Assembly (NCBI GenBank): GCA_965655095.1
Contig: OZ296653.1
Location: 44,516,001 to 44,580,000 of the forward strand
DNA from: Haplodiscus bocki
Taxonomy: Eukaryota
Direction: 5' to 3'
Length of the DNA stretch: 64,000 bases
Shown here: positions 26,600-39,859 of the stretch, piece after piece
How the letters are laid out: each line of letters starts with the position of its first letter
Position numbering within the stretch: the first letter of the stretch is position 1
The notes under the pieces: generated by a model
Seen by the model: only the letters and a program-made list of their open reading frames with translations
What the model was told of the DNA's origin: nothing
Database searches by the model: none
Program-made: the position numbers and the translations under genes

Positions 26600-29450
26600 G
26601 GTATTAGAGAAAATAGAAATAATGGGCGAAATTCAAATTTTCATCAAGCATCTTTCAGATTGAGTGGTTTTTTCTTTATCTGAAGTAACTTGAAAGGTGC
26701 GCGTCTAAGCCAAGCATGTTTGCAGCCCAGGTTTCCAAAAAGTAAAAAAAAATCCTTGCATTAAAAGAAACCCACTAACGCCAAAAATGGAAGATTTAAT
26801 GAACAGTACTTCGTCAAAAATGGAAACAAAAACACGAGACGAAGAAATAACAGTAAGCATATCAGCGATCAAGCGTCTGTGCGCAGAAGGTCAAAAAGAG
26901 TTACATCCTCCGTGTTTGAACCAAAAGCAGTAGATTTAATTAGTTACTAGTTACACAAGAAAAGTTTATACGGTCCAGATGAAAAACCAGCAAAATGTCA
27001 CAGAAACAAAACAATCTTCAAACTGCACGACACCAGCAAGGCTTGACGAGGTTGTAATGGCAACACAAGGAACAAAAAGGAACAAATTTTCTCACCAAAA
27101 ATTATTTCCACAGAACTAGAAGACTAGAAGAAAACGAATTCCGAGTAAACCAACAAAAAATAAAATTTTGTCCATGACAAGACGTAGGAGAGGATCATCT
27201 TATACCAAAAGACCGAAAACCGAACATCGAGAAAATAGAAGTAATTGCGAAACGAAACCTCAAATTACAAAAAAAAACTCGAATCGGAATCATGTTTGGG
27301 AGCGATACTTCATTTTGCAAAACTTACAAAATTACGTCGCCAATTTTTGAATAAAGGATTACATTATTCACTGAAGAAAAAAACAGAATGGACTTGTAGT
27401 GATGACAGACCAAGAGAAGTCAAAAATTTAGATGAAAAAATGACCGAATTGTGATGCGTGGCACAATACTCGTTAGACAGTGGAAATATAATGACAAGGG
27501 CCTCAAGTGGGATTTGGAGAGACATTAGGGCAAAATCCGAAAAAAAAATGATTCTAAACCAATTCCTTTTGCCAGCGGATTCTCAAAACACTCAGAAAAA
27601 AGGGTATGCAACTGGTCAGACAGATTTACTGATGTTATGTGGGCAGTAGAACATATTGGATTCTCAATTTACCGTCAGCCGTTGAAAAAATGCACCGGTG
27701 ATCAATCATGACAGTCATTTTTGTGAAAGAAGAGAATGAGAGAATGATACAGTGCAAAACTGACAAGGTGTTTGGACTGGCTTCCAAACCGATACAGATA
27801 CGTCACTTGACGAACAGTAGGTAATCAATTCACCAACACCATCTGCAAAACCAGCGAAAGGACCACATTGAAAACAACTTACAAGCGTTCCGAAATGGGT
27901 CAGAGCATAAACGGTGGCCACCTAGCGGCGACCAAAGTCGACAGACACTCGAAACAAGAAAAGATCAAATTAAACTGTCACACTATCAAACCTATCAAAG
28001 TTAGCCATTGTCAAAAAGAAGCAATTGAAGGGAGCGTTGAGATCTAAAATAGGGGCCCAGAAAACAACAGGGGGTGGGTAGCTGACCAGTTTATGGCTAC
28101 CATTTAAAAAGAATAGAGACAACACTCCTTTTTGAAGACATCTTGTAAAGAATACTACTTCAAACAAAAAAACGGCGCATTTTTTTCGTCACCGTCACGG
28201 CCATAGCCCAGCTGCAAATTGAGTCGTAAACATAGATGTGGCCAGACTCATGGACGTTACTGCGACCGGCAAGACATCCGGAGTCAACTGAATGCTATCC
28301 GTTCAAACGAGCTCAAAACGTACAGCCCGAATTGGCAACAAACATTGCACGCAGGAAATACGGAAAGGTCTGGACTGGAAAGGATGATAAAATTCCAATA
28401 CATGCCAGTGAACGGTATTCCTGAAACGCCGAAAAAACTCACAAAGCCGAGTTTTCTATCAAAAAAGCTAGAAATGATTGGTACTGGGGAAATTATTCAT
28501 TCAACTGTCTGACAGATATAACCAAATCAAGGATACAACCCAGGACGAAAAATTGATTGCACAGATGATAGGCCTAGAAACCCCAATTGAAAAATTGTTT
28601 GATAGACAACAACAACAAGAAACGGTTTTATGACGGAATAGCAAATTTCTTGGAATATTTGTCCTCGATCATAAAAAGCTAGAAATGACTGGTACTAGGG
28701 AAATTATTCATTCCACCGGAACGAAGATGTTTGCAAACTGTGAAAAATTGTGGTTGCTGGTAATCAGAGACCACACTCTTGGAAAAATTTTGAAAGTACA
28801 GCTCGCATAAATGCCGGCAAAAATTCAATGAACTATCCTAAGCTGGAAAAAAGCAAACCCGCTACCGCCCAGCAAGCGAACGAAGATTTACAATGACACC
28901 AGTGGTATATTCTACATCGCAGAATGAAGGTGAGCCCAAAATTTTTCTTAGCCGTTAATCACTTTCGCAAAAAGGGGGCTGCAAAAATATGCAATGATGC
29001 TGAAACAAGAAGGATGACAAAACTCCTGGAATTTTATTTCAATTTACACGAAGTACAACAGATACCCACTCGGCATTTTGAATTGAAAAATTCAAAATTT
29101 TCTCGTTTCTGTGACATGAACATCGTAGCGGCACTGCCGAACGTCGTAGTGCAACGGGATTTGTCGGAAGATCACTTCAGGCAACGAATCATTTATTATT
29201 AACTTTTCTAGAAGATGGTATATTCTTCAAACAATGCGTCAACAAGACTTTCACGCCCCTTAATATTCACACAGAACGCAAAATATTACCGTTTTGAAGG
29301 CATTTCAGCACAAAACCTCAAATCGTAAATGCAAACACCTTTATTACTCAACCGAGGCTTTTGTCAATTTGGTGTGTTTGAAAAAGTACACTACCGCTTC
29401 TTTTTCTGCCTTGCACGACAGGAACGCGTCTTTAATGGACATTATAGTTA
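26600..29450 (+). mobile_element. Decayed Gypsy-like element with integrase remnant
   Basis: The zinc-finger-like end ..INAGKN (~28800) is followed by ORF 28924-29202, FFLAVNHFRK..AKIC..LLEFYFNLHEV..SRFCDMNI, which matches the integrase core layout. Outer limits are approximate. Confidence 0.55.
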
Positions 29451-31299
29451 GGGCAACAAAAAGGAAAAGATTTACCAAAGCGAAAGACAGTCCGTAAGTT
29501 AGTCGGACAACGTTTCACACTTTTTCGGAAAAAAAACAGTCCAGAAAACCATGTGAAACTTTTTCGTAAGAAATTCATCACAGTTTGTATTGGTCGTTGT
29601 GCTATATCATTAGCTGTACATCTTCATAGTAGACCGGGATAAACTTCAAGTTAACTTTTAGGCTATTTATGCCCCCAAATTGTTCACAATTTTCGTTTGT
29701 GAATGGGGTCCAAGTACCCCTGCTTTTTACATTCGGTACTTCGTTCGAAAAACGAAAGTTGCCCGAAGTCTCAATCACATATTCCGTTTTCAGTGTGCTG
29801 CAAATCTAAGACATGCAAATTCTTCCTGTAAAACCAGATTGGATTTCTTCTACCCGACCTGCAGGCTCTTTTGAACTAGTTCATCTCAGTCGCTGGAACT
29901 TCTGTTTTTAATTTCAAAACTGATTGTACTGCATATTTTCAACCAAACGCATCTTTCTTGTGCATAAATCTTGATTTTTACAACATATCCCTCGTGCAGT
30001 ATTTCAATCAAGGTGGACTGCAAAAATTCAAGAACATCTATCAAGTCTTTCTACAAAAGCATCGAGTAAGTTTCCACGGCTTCGGCCTCGTCAATTCTTG
30101 GTGAACAGCGTAGATAGAACGTACTTTACGGTTGCCCACCACTCCAGCGGTTGTAAGTCCGCCCCGAACTTCTCCATTGTACGGATGTTTTCGTTGAATG
30201 GTTTTCTTTATTTCGGGTTGGCCTCGTCATCACGTGACTTGTTTTTACATACTTGACCAATTTCTATCTTCCCAATGTTTTCGCGTTTTCTTTTGGCATT
30301 CGGTTGGGCAGTTTGTTTCGTTTCTAGTTTCCTGACAGTTTCGATCTTGTCGTTTGTGACACCGATTTTCTGTTTTCGAGTAAACTTCCTCAATTACATG
30401 TTAACGTGGAGAAAACGGTGGTATTTTTTACTGAACTTTGTGGTACCGGGTCGTTGGAAACGTTTTTCTTCAAAAATCAAAATATTGGTTTGCGGCGATA
30501 ACTCATGGTCAGTATCCTGTATGGCTCCCAAAATGAGTCAACCACCCGGTATGCCCGTTAAACGTCGCGGCTCGTATTTTGATTCAAGGTTGATTATTGA
30601 GATGGTCATGTTTCGATATATTGTAGAAATTTCTTTTAAAGTTGTTTTGGTTCCTGTCAGTCAAATACCTTTCAGTAATACTACCGGTTTGGTGAGTGCA
30701 ACGTTGCTGTTCATTTCATTTCAGTTGAAAAATTTTTAATTGGTGCTTCAGGCAAGACCAAAAAATCGGAATATAGTAGTGCTTTGTTTTTTTCATGATG
30801 ACACACCTCAATCTGTATGGGACTTTTTCATTGAGCTTACTTATTTTTGCTAATTTTGCTATCTTTGCTAACTCCCAAAGACTCAATGCAATATGCATTA
30901 CATAATTTCATACAAGATATTGAACTAAAATTATACAACAAAATCAAAAACTTAAAAAATCCCGATCATGAAGTTTGTTTCATCAAAAGTCTGTTGAGAA
31001 AATATCTGATTGCAACCTTAACTTAGAAAGTGAAATAATGGAGCCTCCTTGTTATAGTAATGGAAAATTTGGGCCATTTCAGACTTAACTTTTTAGATAT
31101 AGACATGCAACATGACAAAAAAAGTTATCAAACATCCAGAAACAGCTCAATTGTCACGTTCTTTTGCTAAAGATCACATGAAAAAATTTCGGACCTCATC
31201 CAAAAGTTACTAAATAAAAAGATGAACTCTCCTCGTAATGCCACCTGAAAAATTAGACCATTTTTAGACCGAGATTCCCAGACTTAGCTTAGAACACAG

Positions 31300-31462
31300 A
31301 GGTTAAGCTGCACTTCGCAACACTCGCGCCAACGGAACACTATTGGAGCAAGTACAACTGATTTTTGAAAGGGCCACGGGACTACGAAAAGCACTAAGTA
31401 AACAATTGAACAGAAATGTCATTAGATCAGTTAGTTCGTATTTCTTTATTTATATACAAGTG
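31300..31462 (+). repeat. Dispersed repeat, homolog of 56085-56240
   Basis: Shared gctg..cttcgcaacact.gcgccaa.gga..tgatttttgaa.g.gccacg..actac..tttatatacaagt. Confidence 0.7.
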
Positions 31463-31815
31463 TTACAAGAACAAACGGCTATAGCCGTTACTTCGCTTTA
31501 TACTTAAGGCAAGCGTGGATGCTGGAAAATAAGGCCCGTGAATAAGTTTTTACAACTGTGCGAGAGCGCTTGAACAGGTTTGTGCAAGAAAGCTAGAGCG
31601 CATGAACAGAATCTACACAACCTTAGAATGTAGCCACAAATGCGATTTGTGAACGGATCGGAAAAAAGGCTGCAAAGCCTGTGATTTAACACTCGCTTGC
31701 GCATTTGTAATAAATAGAAGGTTCCAACGACCTTCAAGAAAACATATACAAAATTTTTCACACAGGCAGATAACGAAACTTTTTATATAAAATTTTAATC
31801 GTTTTTGGAGGATCC

Positions 31816-33518
31816 TGTCATGGCCATCTTCTGGGCCAGAGTTTTGCGTTATCTGGTTGTGGAAGAGGCCCGCTTCCGGATGAGGATCATTCTGGGAGTC
31901 GTCCTCATTCGTTCCCTGGCTTGTACTCAATGCGTTCCGGGAGGGCTCCGGATTGGTTCCGGATTTGCCCTGTAGTAGCGGGTTCATAAGGAAATCGTCG
32001 AGACGCGCTAATGCGCCTAGTATGCGATTTTCCGTTCTACTGAACTCCTTTGACAACCTTTTTGTGACCCTTCCCCAATTTCCTCGGAAACTTGAGTTAT
32101 GTAGTCTTCCTGCGATCTAGGAGCATTTGAGTTTTGTGCCAAGTTGCTCCTAGGATGTTCTTCACAGTTTTCCTTATTTAATGCTGCCAATTTTCTCTTG
32201 TTTCGAGTTGTCATTTTCTACGGGAAAAGTAATGATTAGTCAGTAATACTTCATTATTTTTTGCTGAGGGAGAAATCAATTTGGTTTTAACAGTTATAAG
32301 TGATACATTGAAGGGAATTACAATCATAGAATATTATCATCAGTACTCCACAATAATAAAAGCTTGTGTTTCCTGTACTTTCATTTCTCCTTATTATACT
32401 TTTTCCTGGCGGGAAACATAATTGTTTACTCACCAAGTCAAGGTACAAATAGGGAAAAGTACTCTATACATTATTACATCAAAGTCAAAAATGCCGACTC
32501 TGGCGGGAAATTAACAACTTTTCTATCCATCTCTTCTATCATAGGACGCGCCTTTTCCATCTTTCGACAGAAAATGGACGGTCCTATTCCGTCGGAGATG
32601 GACATCAAAGTTTTTATTCCCGAGCCGACATCTTGTTTACAGTCTTGGTTTTACTAATTTCCTTAATTGGGAAAGGAAAATAAAATAATTTAAAATGGGA
32701 AAATGAAGAAAAAAAATAAAATACGAAATACATGACTTTGGTACAAAAATACATTTAATCATCATTTTCATGTTCATTTCATCATCACTTGATTTTTTTG
32801 GCTTTTAGTTTTTTGGAAATGAAGAGAAACTAGTAGCACTACTAGTTTACTCCTCGTTCCGACGAGTGGCTACTGGTGGTATCCGGAACAGTTCCGTAGC
32901 CACTAGTAGTATTAGTTAAATTTCAGTAAGCCGTGCTCAAATTAGGAGTGAATAAGGAGTCACTCCGTATTCACCATAGCACTGCAGCACAGCATAGTTG
33001 GAATGGCTTTTGTGACGTCACCAGACTAGTGACGACGGAACACGTACGGAACAAATATTCAGTCCGAGAGTCAATTTATTACAGACAAGTCATGCTATTT
33101 CTAACACTAATTTAAATTCAAGCACTGCTATAAACTGCACTTATTGTAATTAATCACCGCAATTGTACCGAAAAAGTGGATTTATATTTAATAACTAAAT
33201 ACATAGATTAATATAAAAATAGCACCTTTAAAGATAATTGCTCTATGAATACTTGTTTGTTCCGTAACGGTTCCGTCCTAGTCTGGATCAGTTCAGTAAA
33301 GTGTTCCGTATAAAATACGTACCACTATTTTTCTTTACATTCGTTATGGATACGTATTAAATACGTATCCGTGTATATGCACAATGATTAAAAATAGTTT
33401 AGGAGTAATTAGTTAAGAGTCTGATTAGTAGTATTTGAGTTTGAGTTTTTCCCTGAGCATTAGGGTGTTTTTCTGTCTGGAAGGGGTTGGCCGCATGCCT
33501 CGCAGATGTGCTGCGACA
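31816..33518 (-). mobile_element. Solo LTR (~1.7 kb) of an LTR retrotransposon, probably Ty3/Gypsy, carrying an ORF start
   Basis: Minus strand begins TGTCG and ends TGACA, flanked by gatcc/gatct (5-bp TSD, one mismatch). Collinear with 6565-8304. The ORF MTTRNKRKLAAL... starts at 32214, frameshifts near 32070 and runs to the element end. Confidence 0.8.
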
Positions 33519-34096
33519 GATCTAGTTGCAACATTTTTCGCAAAAACCCCTTATGGCTCATCCACTGTTTTTTAACGGGGAAGTACCACAAATTTTAGGA
33601 TAAAACTGAAAGTCGGTTTTTGAAAAATTAGGGACTCCGCCCCAAATTTTTTCCCATAACTGTTGCGTATAACCAAATTTTCCGAAAAACCCAAAGCTTC
33701 AAATATCAAAAGCTCCCGTCCTTTGAGTATTTTGAGCCTCGTTGTGTAAACTCATGCGCCTTTAAAAACTATTTTGTCACAAATGGAAACAAGTTTATGC
33801 GTTGCAGCTCTCAGAAATACGAACTAAACAAACTGTCTTTCAATCACAACTGCAAAAATATCACTGCTCGAAAACTTCAATCTTAAGGAAAAAGATATGC
33901 AGGTTGTTTTTTGCGGTAGCATTTATGTGATGATAAGGGTGTGTCTGGGAGCTTTGGAAGTCAATAGGAATGCAGTTGTCAAACTTTGGGTTCTCACTGA
34001 AGGATCAGGTTAAAACTGAACTCTCCGGAAACAATCAGCTATGTAAATACAGAAGACTAACATAAACGACAATGAATGAATGAATGTAGTTTTCGA

Positions 34097-34520
34097 TACC
34101 GTATTTCCTCAAATATAAGCCGCCCCAAAATGTAAACCGCACCTCGAATAGAAGCCTCATTTTTTAATCTAAATAAACTTTATGAACTGCCTGAATTTAG
34201 AAATCGAATTTTATTAATCACTGACTTGTTTCCTAATTACAGTCTATAGTCTCAACGAAAAATTCTTCACCCAGATAACAACTCGACTGAAGATTTTGTT
34301 CTCTTGCATCAGTCTTTGCATCGAATGGCAGGCAAATCGTACGTCATCAACCTGGCTGAGCCTTCCTACTAAAAAAAAACAACCAAGTTCTTTGCAACCG
34401 GATGTGAGTAAACACCGCGGTGGAATAATGCCAGCACAACTCAAAAAGTTTATCATTGCAGTATTATTCTTTACCGAGTTAGGTTTTGCGCAGTTAACCA
34501 AAATCGTCGCCTGATAAAAT
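34097..34520 (-). mobile_element. Internally deleted pogo/Tc1-mariner-like element
   Basis: TA followed by CCGTATTTCCTCAAATATAAGCCGC is a TIR-like end with repeated taagccgc/taaaccgc motifs. The minus ORF begins with an HTH-like segment. Confidence 0.4.
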
Positions 34521-37249
34521 TCCTCTCAAAGTTAGTTTTGACTTTTTCTGTTCCAGTTAACACAAAAACGTTTCAATGCCATGATTTCATATTTGTTCTC
34601 ACATTTTTTCAAACATTAACTTCAAAATCTTTAGTATGAGAGTTTTCAACTTTTTCAAGAAATTTAAAATTCTCCATTTGTTGCTTTTTCGGAGAACTTT
34701 GGCGAAGTTTTCAAAATTTCACTAAAAAAAATCACTGTTGAATCTTTTTTGAGTTTCAGCAAACACGAAGTTCCCCAATTTCTGAAAAAATATGATCCTG
34801 GGACTAGTTTAGAATAATTCCTTGGGAAAATAATCTCACAAGGTATAACCATGTAATTACAATGAGTTTTTCGAATTAGATTTCAAATTTTGAGCGAAAA
34901 AGAATTTAAAGTGCTGCATTCCAAAAGAAGAATGAGAGCGAAGCCGCGCACTAACAGCATTGTGAACTGGATGAAACCACCACTGCAGTACAAAATTCTG
35001 TACCAAGAAGGCTGCCAGAAGATCACAAGAAATTGAAATTATGTACTGTCGGAAACCAACTTCATCGAAAAAATAAGCAAAGTTCACAATCTCTGATACT
35101 CCGCAATACCTTGACGCACCTGCTGGTCGTTTGAGCGTCGGAGTCTGACCAGCATTCGCCAAGAAACAACCCTTCGACAGAATACGAACAGAAAAATTAT
35201 ACTTCCCATTTCCATAAAAATTAGGACACTAGCCCACATGTACGTCTGGTAGCACACATATGTTGTATGCAATAAAGAGTAGAAATACCACTGTACGGAC
35301 GCTATTGAATAATTGGTCGCCAAGATAACCTTTTTGAATTCTCAATTAAGTTAATTGATTTCTCTTAAGTAAAAAATTGCCCTAGAAAAGACTACTTCCA
35401 CAAACTACGATAAAAAATCATCTTCAGTTTTCTAATAACTAGTGAAACTTTGTCTCATTAAGGCTACAAAATCGACCATCCAAGGTACTGCGAATTTTTT
35501 TTCTAAGTCACGAGTAGGTCAATAACTGCCAAATTCACCTTACCCAACCACTGTTTATAAGGAATAACAGTTTTCACAAGCACTGTATGAAAACACCTTC
35601 AAGAAATTAAACTTCTCAAAAATGGGTCGATATTATTCGAAAATAAAAAAAATTGTCAATCTAAGCTACTCGCTGGACGCTAAAAGCTGTAACACTAAAA
35701 GAAATAGAGAAAAAAGACCCAATGCAACTGCTATGCACAGAGAAAAATAATTTTGACGAGCACCTGGACTGAAAAAATCTTCAACCATTCAAAAAACAAG
35801 TCAAGACCTTTTTGCTACCACACAGTCAAAAAATAGACCATCCAAAGGACTGTAGAAAACCTATACGCCTTGAGAAGTTGAATCTGTTTTGTTTGGACTC
35901 AGTTTGTCATAGAGAGACTCAATTAACGAACAACTCAAGAGAAAGCGTTGACTTCCAATAAACGACAATTTTGGCAACAACGTATAAAATGGACCATCCG
36001 AGCCATTATACCAACCCTTCGGGCCGTTAGTAGTTGAACTAAAACTGAAAGGACCCAAGCTGAACATAATTACTGAGAACATTGTCACGAACAACGCTAC
36101 AAAACACTGCGTCGAAATTGTTTTCTTCTGATTTGTGCGCCGATTAAGTTGATATGCAACTGATTCAACCACCCCTGGCAAAACTTCTGCAGAGTTGATT
36201 GCATTGTTTTTGGTCAAAAAAATCAGAATATCAAAAAAAACTACATTAGTCACCGACAACAGTTTCGACTATTTTTATCAGGTGAGACGCCGGAAAAAAA
36301 TGCTCGATAGTTTGAGTACCTGCTAAGATAACTGGTGGATAAAAAATTAGACAAAACAAATCTGGAACTATAACAGCCTCTGAGTGCGAAAGCAAGAATA
36401 GAATCTAAGTGGACGGAATCGAAAGCGACGATTATTTACTCCAATGTAACATTTTTTACTTGGCAATTACAGTTCGGAACTTTTAAAGTGAAAAAAGTTG
36501 AAGTCCATTGCAGCTACTTCAGGAGTCAAGCAGACAGCAAAAAGTCGAAGTAGCCAGGAAAAGAAAAAATATGATCATCACCTTCGCTACGAGACGCTTT
36601 CAACGAATGACGCAATTGAAAACAACTTCCGGTTATCAAAAGCCAGTCAAGATAATTCGTGATAAAGAATACAATCCCCATTGCATTTGGAAGCCCTCTG
36701 GAAGCCATTAGTTGATTCAACACTGAAAGTACCCAATCCAACCAGTGTTCACTAAACAGAACAATTTCAACAAATGTTGCAACTGGGTGCTTCGATATAT
36801 TACAATTGCTCAGCTCTTCGTAGTAAGACTTCAAAAACAAACAAATTAGTAAGGTTTCTCAAGCACGTCCGAAAAATGAGTTTTTTGAAAAAGAATTTGG
36901 GTTTTCTTCACAAAAAATTTGGTTTTCTGCAAAATTGGTAAAAGTGGCAAATTTGCTGTAGAATGCGAATCAAATTGTAATTATGATAATCAAATGATTT
37001 CTCAAATTTTTAAGCTCTTTTGCAAAAAATCAGGTTTCCTAATTTGGAACTTCACAAAATTTTGGAAGTTTTGATTTAAAAAACGCTTTCATCTTTAACA
37101 AAACTGGTGCGCAGAAAAAATGTCGTGGGTAGCTGGCCATTTTGTTATTATACGCCAAATTTTTTAAAATTGTGAGAAAAAAATATTTTTTTCCAGTAGG
37201 GTCGTTTTTCTTTTTGTTATCAGGCTATTTTTGCCAACTTTTTTTTCAA

Positions 37250-39612
37250 TAAAATGTTTTCAGCAGTGAAATGACGTCTAAATTTTTTCAAGCAGTAGGT
37301 CAGGGTTCGAATCTTTCTCCTAAACTTTTAAGGTATCATTGACCTTTGTCAGAAATTCTAATGGTTCTCACGGCAGAGTGGGTTACACAACAGGGCTCCG
37401 AAGCATTAGGTACGGGTTCGAAAAACAGCATTTACCTAAATGTTTTTTTTACAAAACCATTTTGATTCTACTTGGTTTAATTCTTTTCTATCGTTATCAA
37501 AAAGTAAAAATTCCGCCAAATTCTAGTGGGTGTTTTATGATAAAGAAGCTGACTTCTCTAGGTGTTTTGTATTTTTTTCATAATTGTGTTCCTTTCCACA
37601 TTTGAACAAAACTTGTACATTCTTCCACAATTGCATTCCCGGACTTTTTAAAGCTTGCGAACGCATTTTATGCCAAATACAAGCAGCTACTCGCAAAAAC
37701 CGAAAGGTCCCTTCTATTAAAATTATCGGTATTTTGAGCCAAAAGGTTTCGACGCGAAATCGTGATAACCCTCCTACGTATGAAATTCTTCGATACAATC
37801 AAATTCTAGAAACACAAAGTGGTTGCTGTACTAAAAATTTTGGTACTGTGAGGCAAAAAAACTGACGAAAAATCATGATGCCTCCGTTATGCATAGATAT
37901 TCCTAGAAACTTTCAGAAAAACGATAAGGTTGAGTTCACGAAAATTTTCTTCGAAACAGAAAGTTCATTATATTTTTTGGTGTCACCCCCCCCCTCTTTC
38001 TCTCTCTATAGTTTACCAAACATTTCGATCCAGGCAAATGAGCACCGTCAGAAACTTTCTGAAAAACCAGAGATGCACAGAAGTAGAAAAAAGGAACCCT
38101 TTCTGATTTTTCGAGTCAGAAACAAAAAATTTGGACATTTTCTGGTGATACACTACTATAGTTTACCAAAACTTTCGGGCAGGCCAGATGAGCAGTTTAG
38201 ACTTTAAACTGTTCTCGGCTTTTTTTGGCCACACATTTTCAAAAATGAAGGAAAAGTTGTTCTTTCAGCAGGGACATTTTTTTCAGTCTTTTTTGCCAAT
38301 TTTTTTTCTTCAGAAATGGCTTTCGGCAGTGAAGCAAAAGTTTCTCAGGTACTAGGTCTCAAGTTTACGTTGTATAATATTAGAGTCAAAAGAAATATAA
38401 AACCAAAAAGTAGTTTTTTTCGATTTTCAAAGTCTTTTTCTTCTTAAAAGGCCGCATGATTTTCTTTCATCAGAGCAACAAACCGCACTGCAGTTTTACA
38501 ATTGTAGAAGCTCCGTCTTCAACGAAGTGTCAAACTCATTCGGCATAATTACTTAGCAGCTGAAACGAGAATCATTTCTGTTAAACAAATCTGAGACAGA
38601 TAATATTCTAAATCAAAGCTAAAACCAAATATTCTTCAAAACCGCATGTTGAGTTTCTTCTGTGAACGTCCCACTCAACTTTTGTCAGAAATGAACGAGT
38701 AATGAGTGAAAAATTTTTTTCGATCTGATTTTCGACTAAATTCCATTGACAGATAATAAAAAGAACTCCTTTTATGTGCTATCAACCTTGACAATCAATC
38801 TAAACATTCTTAAAATCAATTATAACTCTTCCGCCAATGTCACATTATTTTCCTCAAGATGATTCAATATCCATATCTTCTTTATTCATACTTTCGTCGA
38901 AAACTTGGTAGGCCTGAAGTAAAAAACGCTATGTAAATGTATGAAACTTTTTTTGAAAAAAAATTTTTCCAAAGTTACCGGCTGCATTTCTTCATCACGA
39001 TGTCAATCGACAAGTTTTGAATTCCGAAATATTTTCGACAAAACTAGAAACAATATTTGTTATACCTCTCGCGGCGGAAACTAAATTTGCCTAAACATAC
39101 AAAACTTGCTTATGCATTTGGTTCTTCTTCAGATTCCACCTAATGTCTCAAAAATCATCAACTGCACTTCTTCCATCAAACCTCCAGTAGTCAGTTCCAT
39201 TCCTGTATAAGATTACTTACCTGCTGAAAAATATTTGGTGCATCACTATCCTCATGGGTTGGAAGTGGTAAAATTGTAATATGTTGTGCCTTTTCTCTTC
39301 ATTCAAACTCGTTCCCTATCAAATATCCGGCTCGAATTCCTCTATCAAGATCTCACACTATAGTTCTCAACTTTCCGAAGGTGCTTCAGAAACTTATTTC
39401 CAGCATCGTACTTCGCATTGGAGTTCCGATCAATCGATAGTGCTAAGAATTACAGAAACCAATGCTAATAGCCGACCTGATAATTGTGGAGAACCTTGGA
39501 AATCTAAATTTAAAAAAAATTTCAGCGTTTTTTTCTCAACTAGTTGCGCAAATTGATCAAAAAGTTTAAATTTGGGCAATAAGTATGCCGGTATTAGCCA
39601 CCTATCTTATTC
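37250..39612 (+). mobile_element. Diverged copy of the 51160-51957 family, interrupted by a probable LINE remnant (~38430-39430)
   Basis: agcagtaggtcagggttcgaatct (37291), decayed units at 37700-38200, and a matching 3' end tatgccggtattagcc..tcttatt (~39584-39611). Confidence 0.5.
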
Positions 39613-39859
39613 AAAAATACAATCAAAATTGCCAACTTAGTTAGGCTCACACTGTCCCGATAACTTTCCCGGTGGAATCGAGACCCATTCTCCTTAAATA
39701 TTCCACCAGCTTTATATGAAAGTTGAAATATTTCATCAAAATACAGAATCCACACGCACTCACTCAAATGTTTTCAGCTTCAATTGCATTTTCCATCACT
39801 AAGAGGATTAAACTTGGTAGTACTCGGATGACGCGTGAATTCATCGGGACGAGGCAGTA

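Noticed and set aside
30275-30739. 154-aa hydrophobic ORF as a membrane protein
   Set aside because: Its composition mirrors an A-rich opposite strand in repeat-like DNA. No motifs or splice support.
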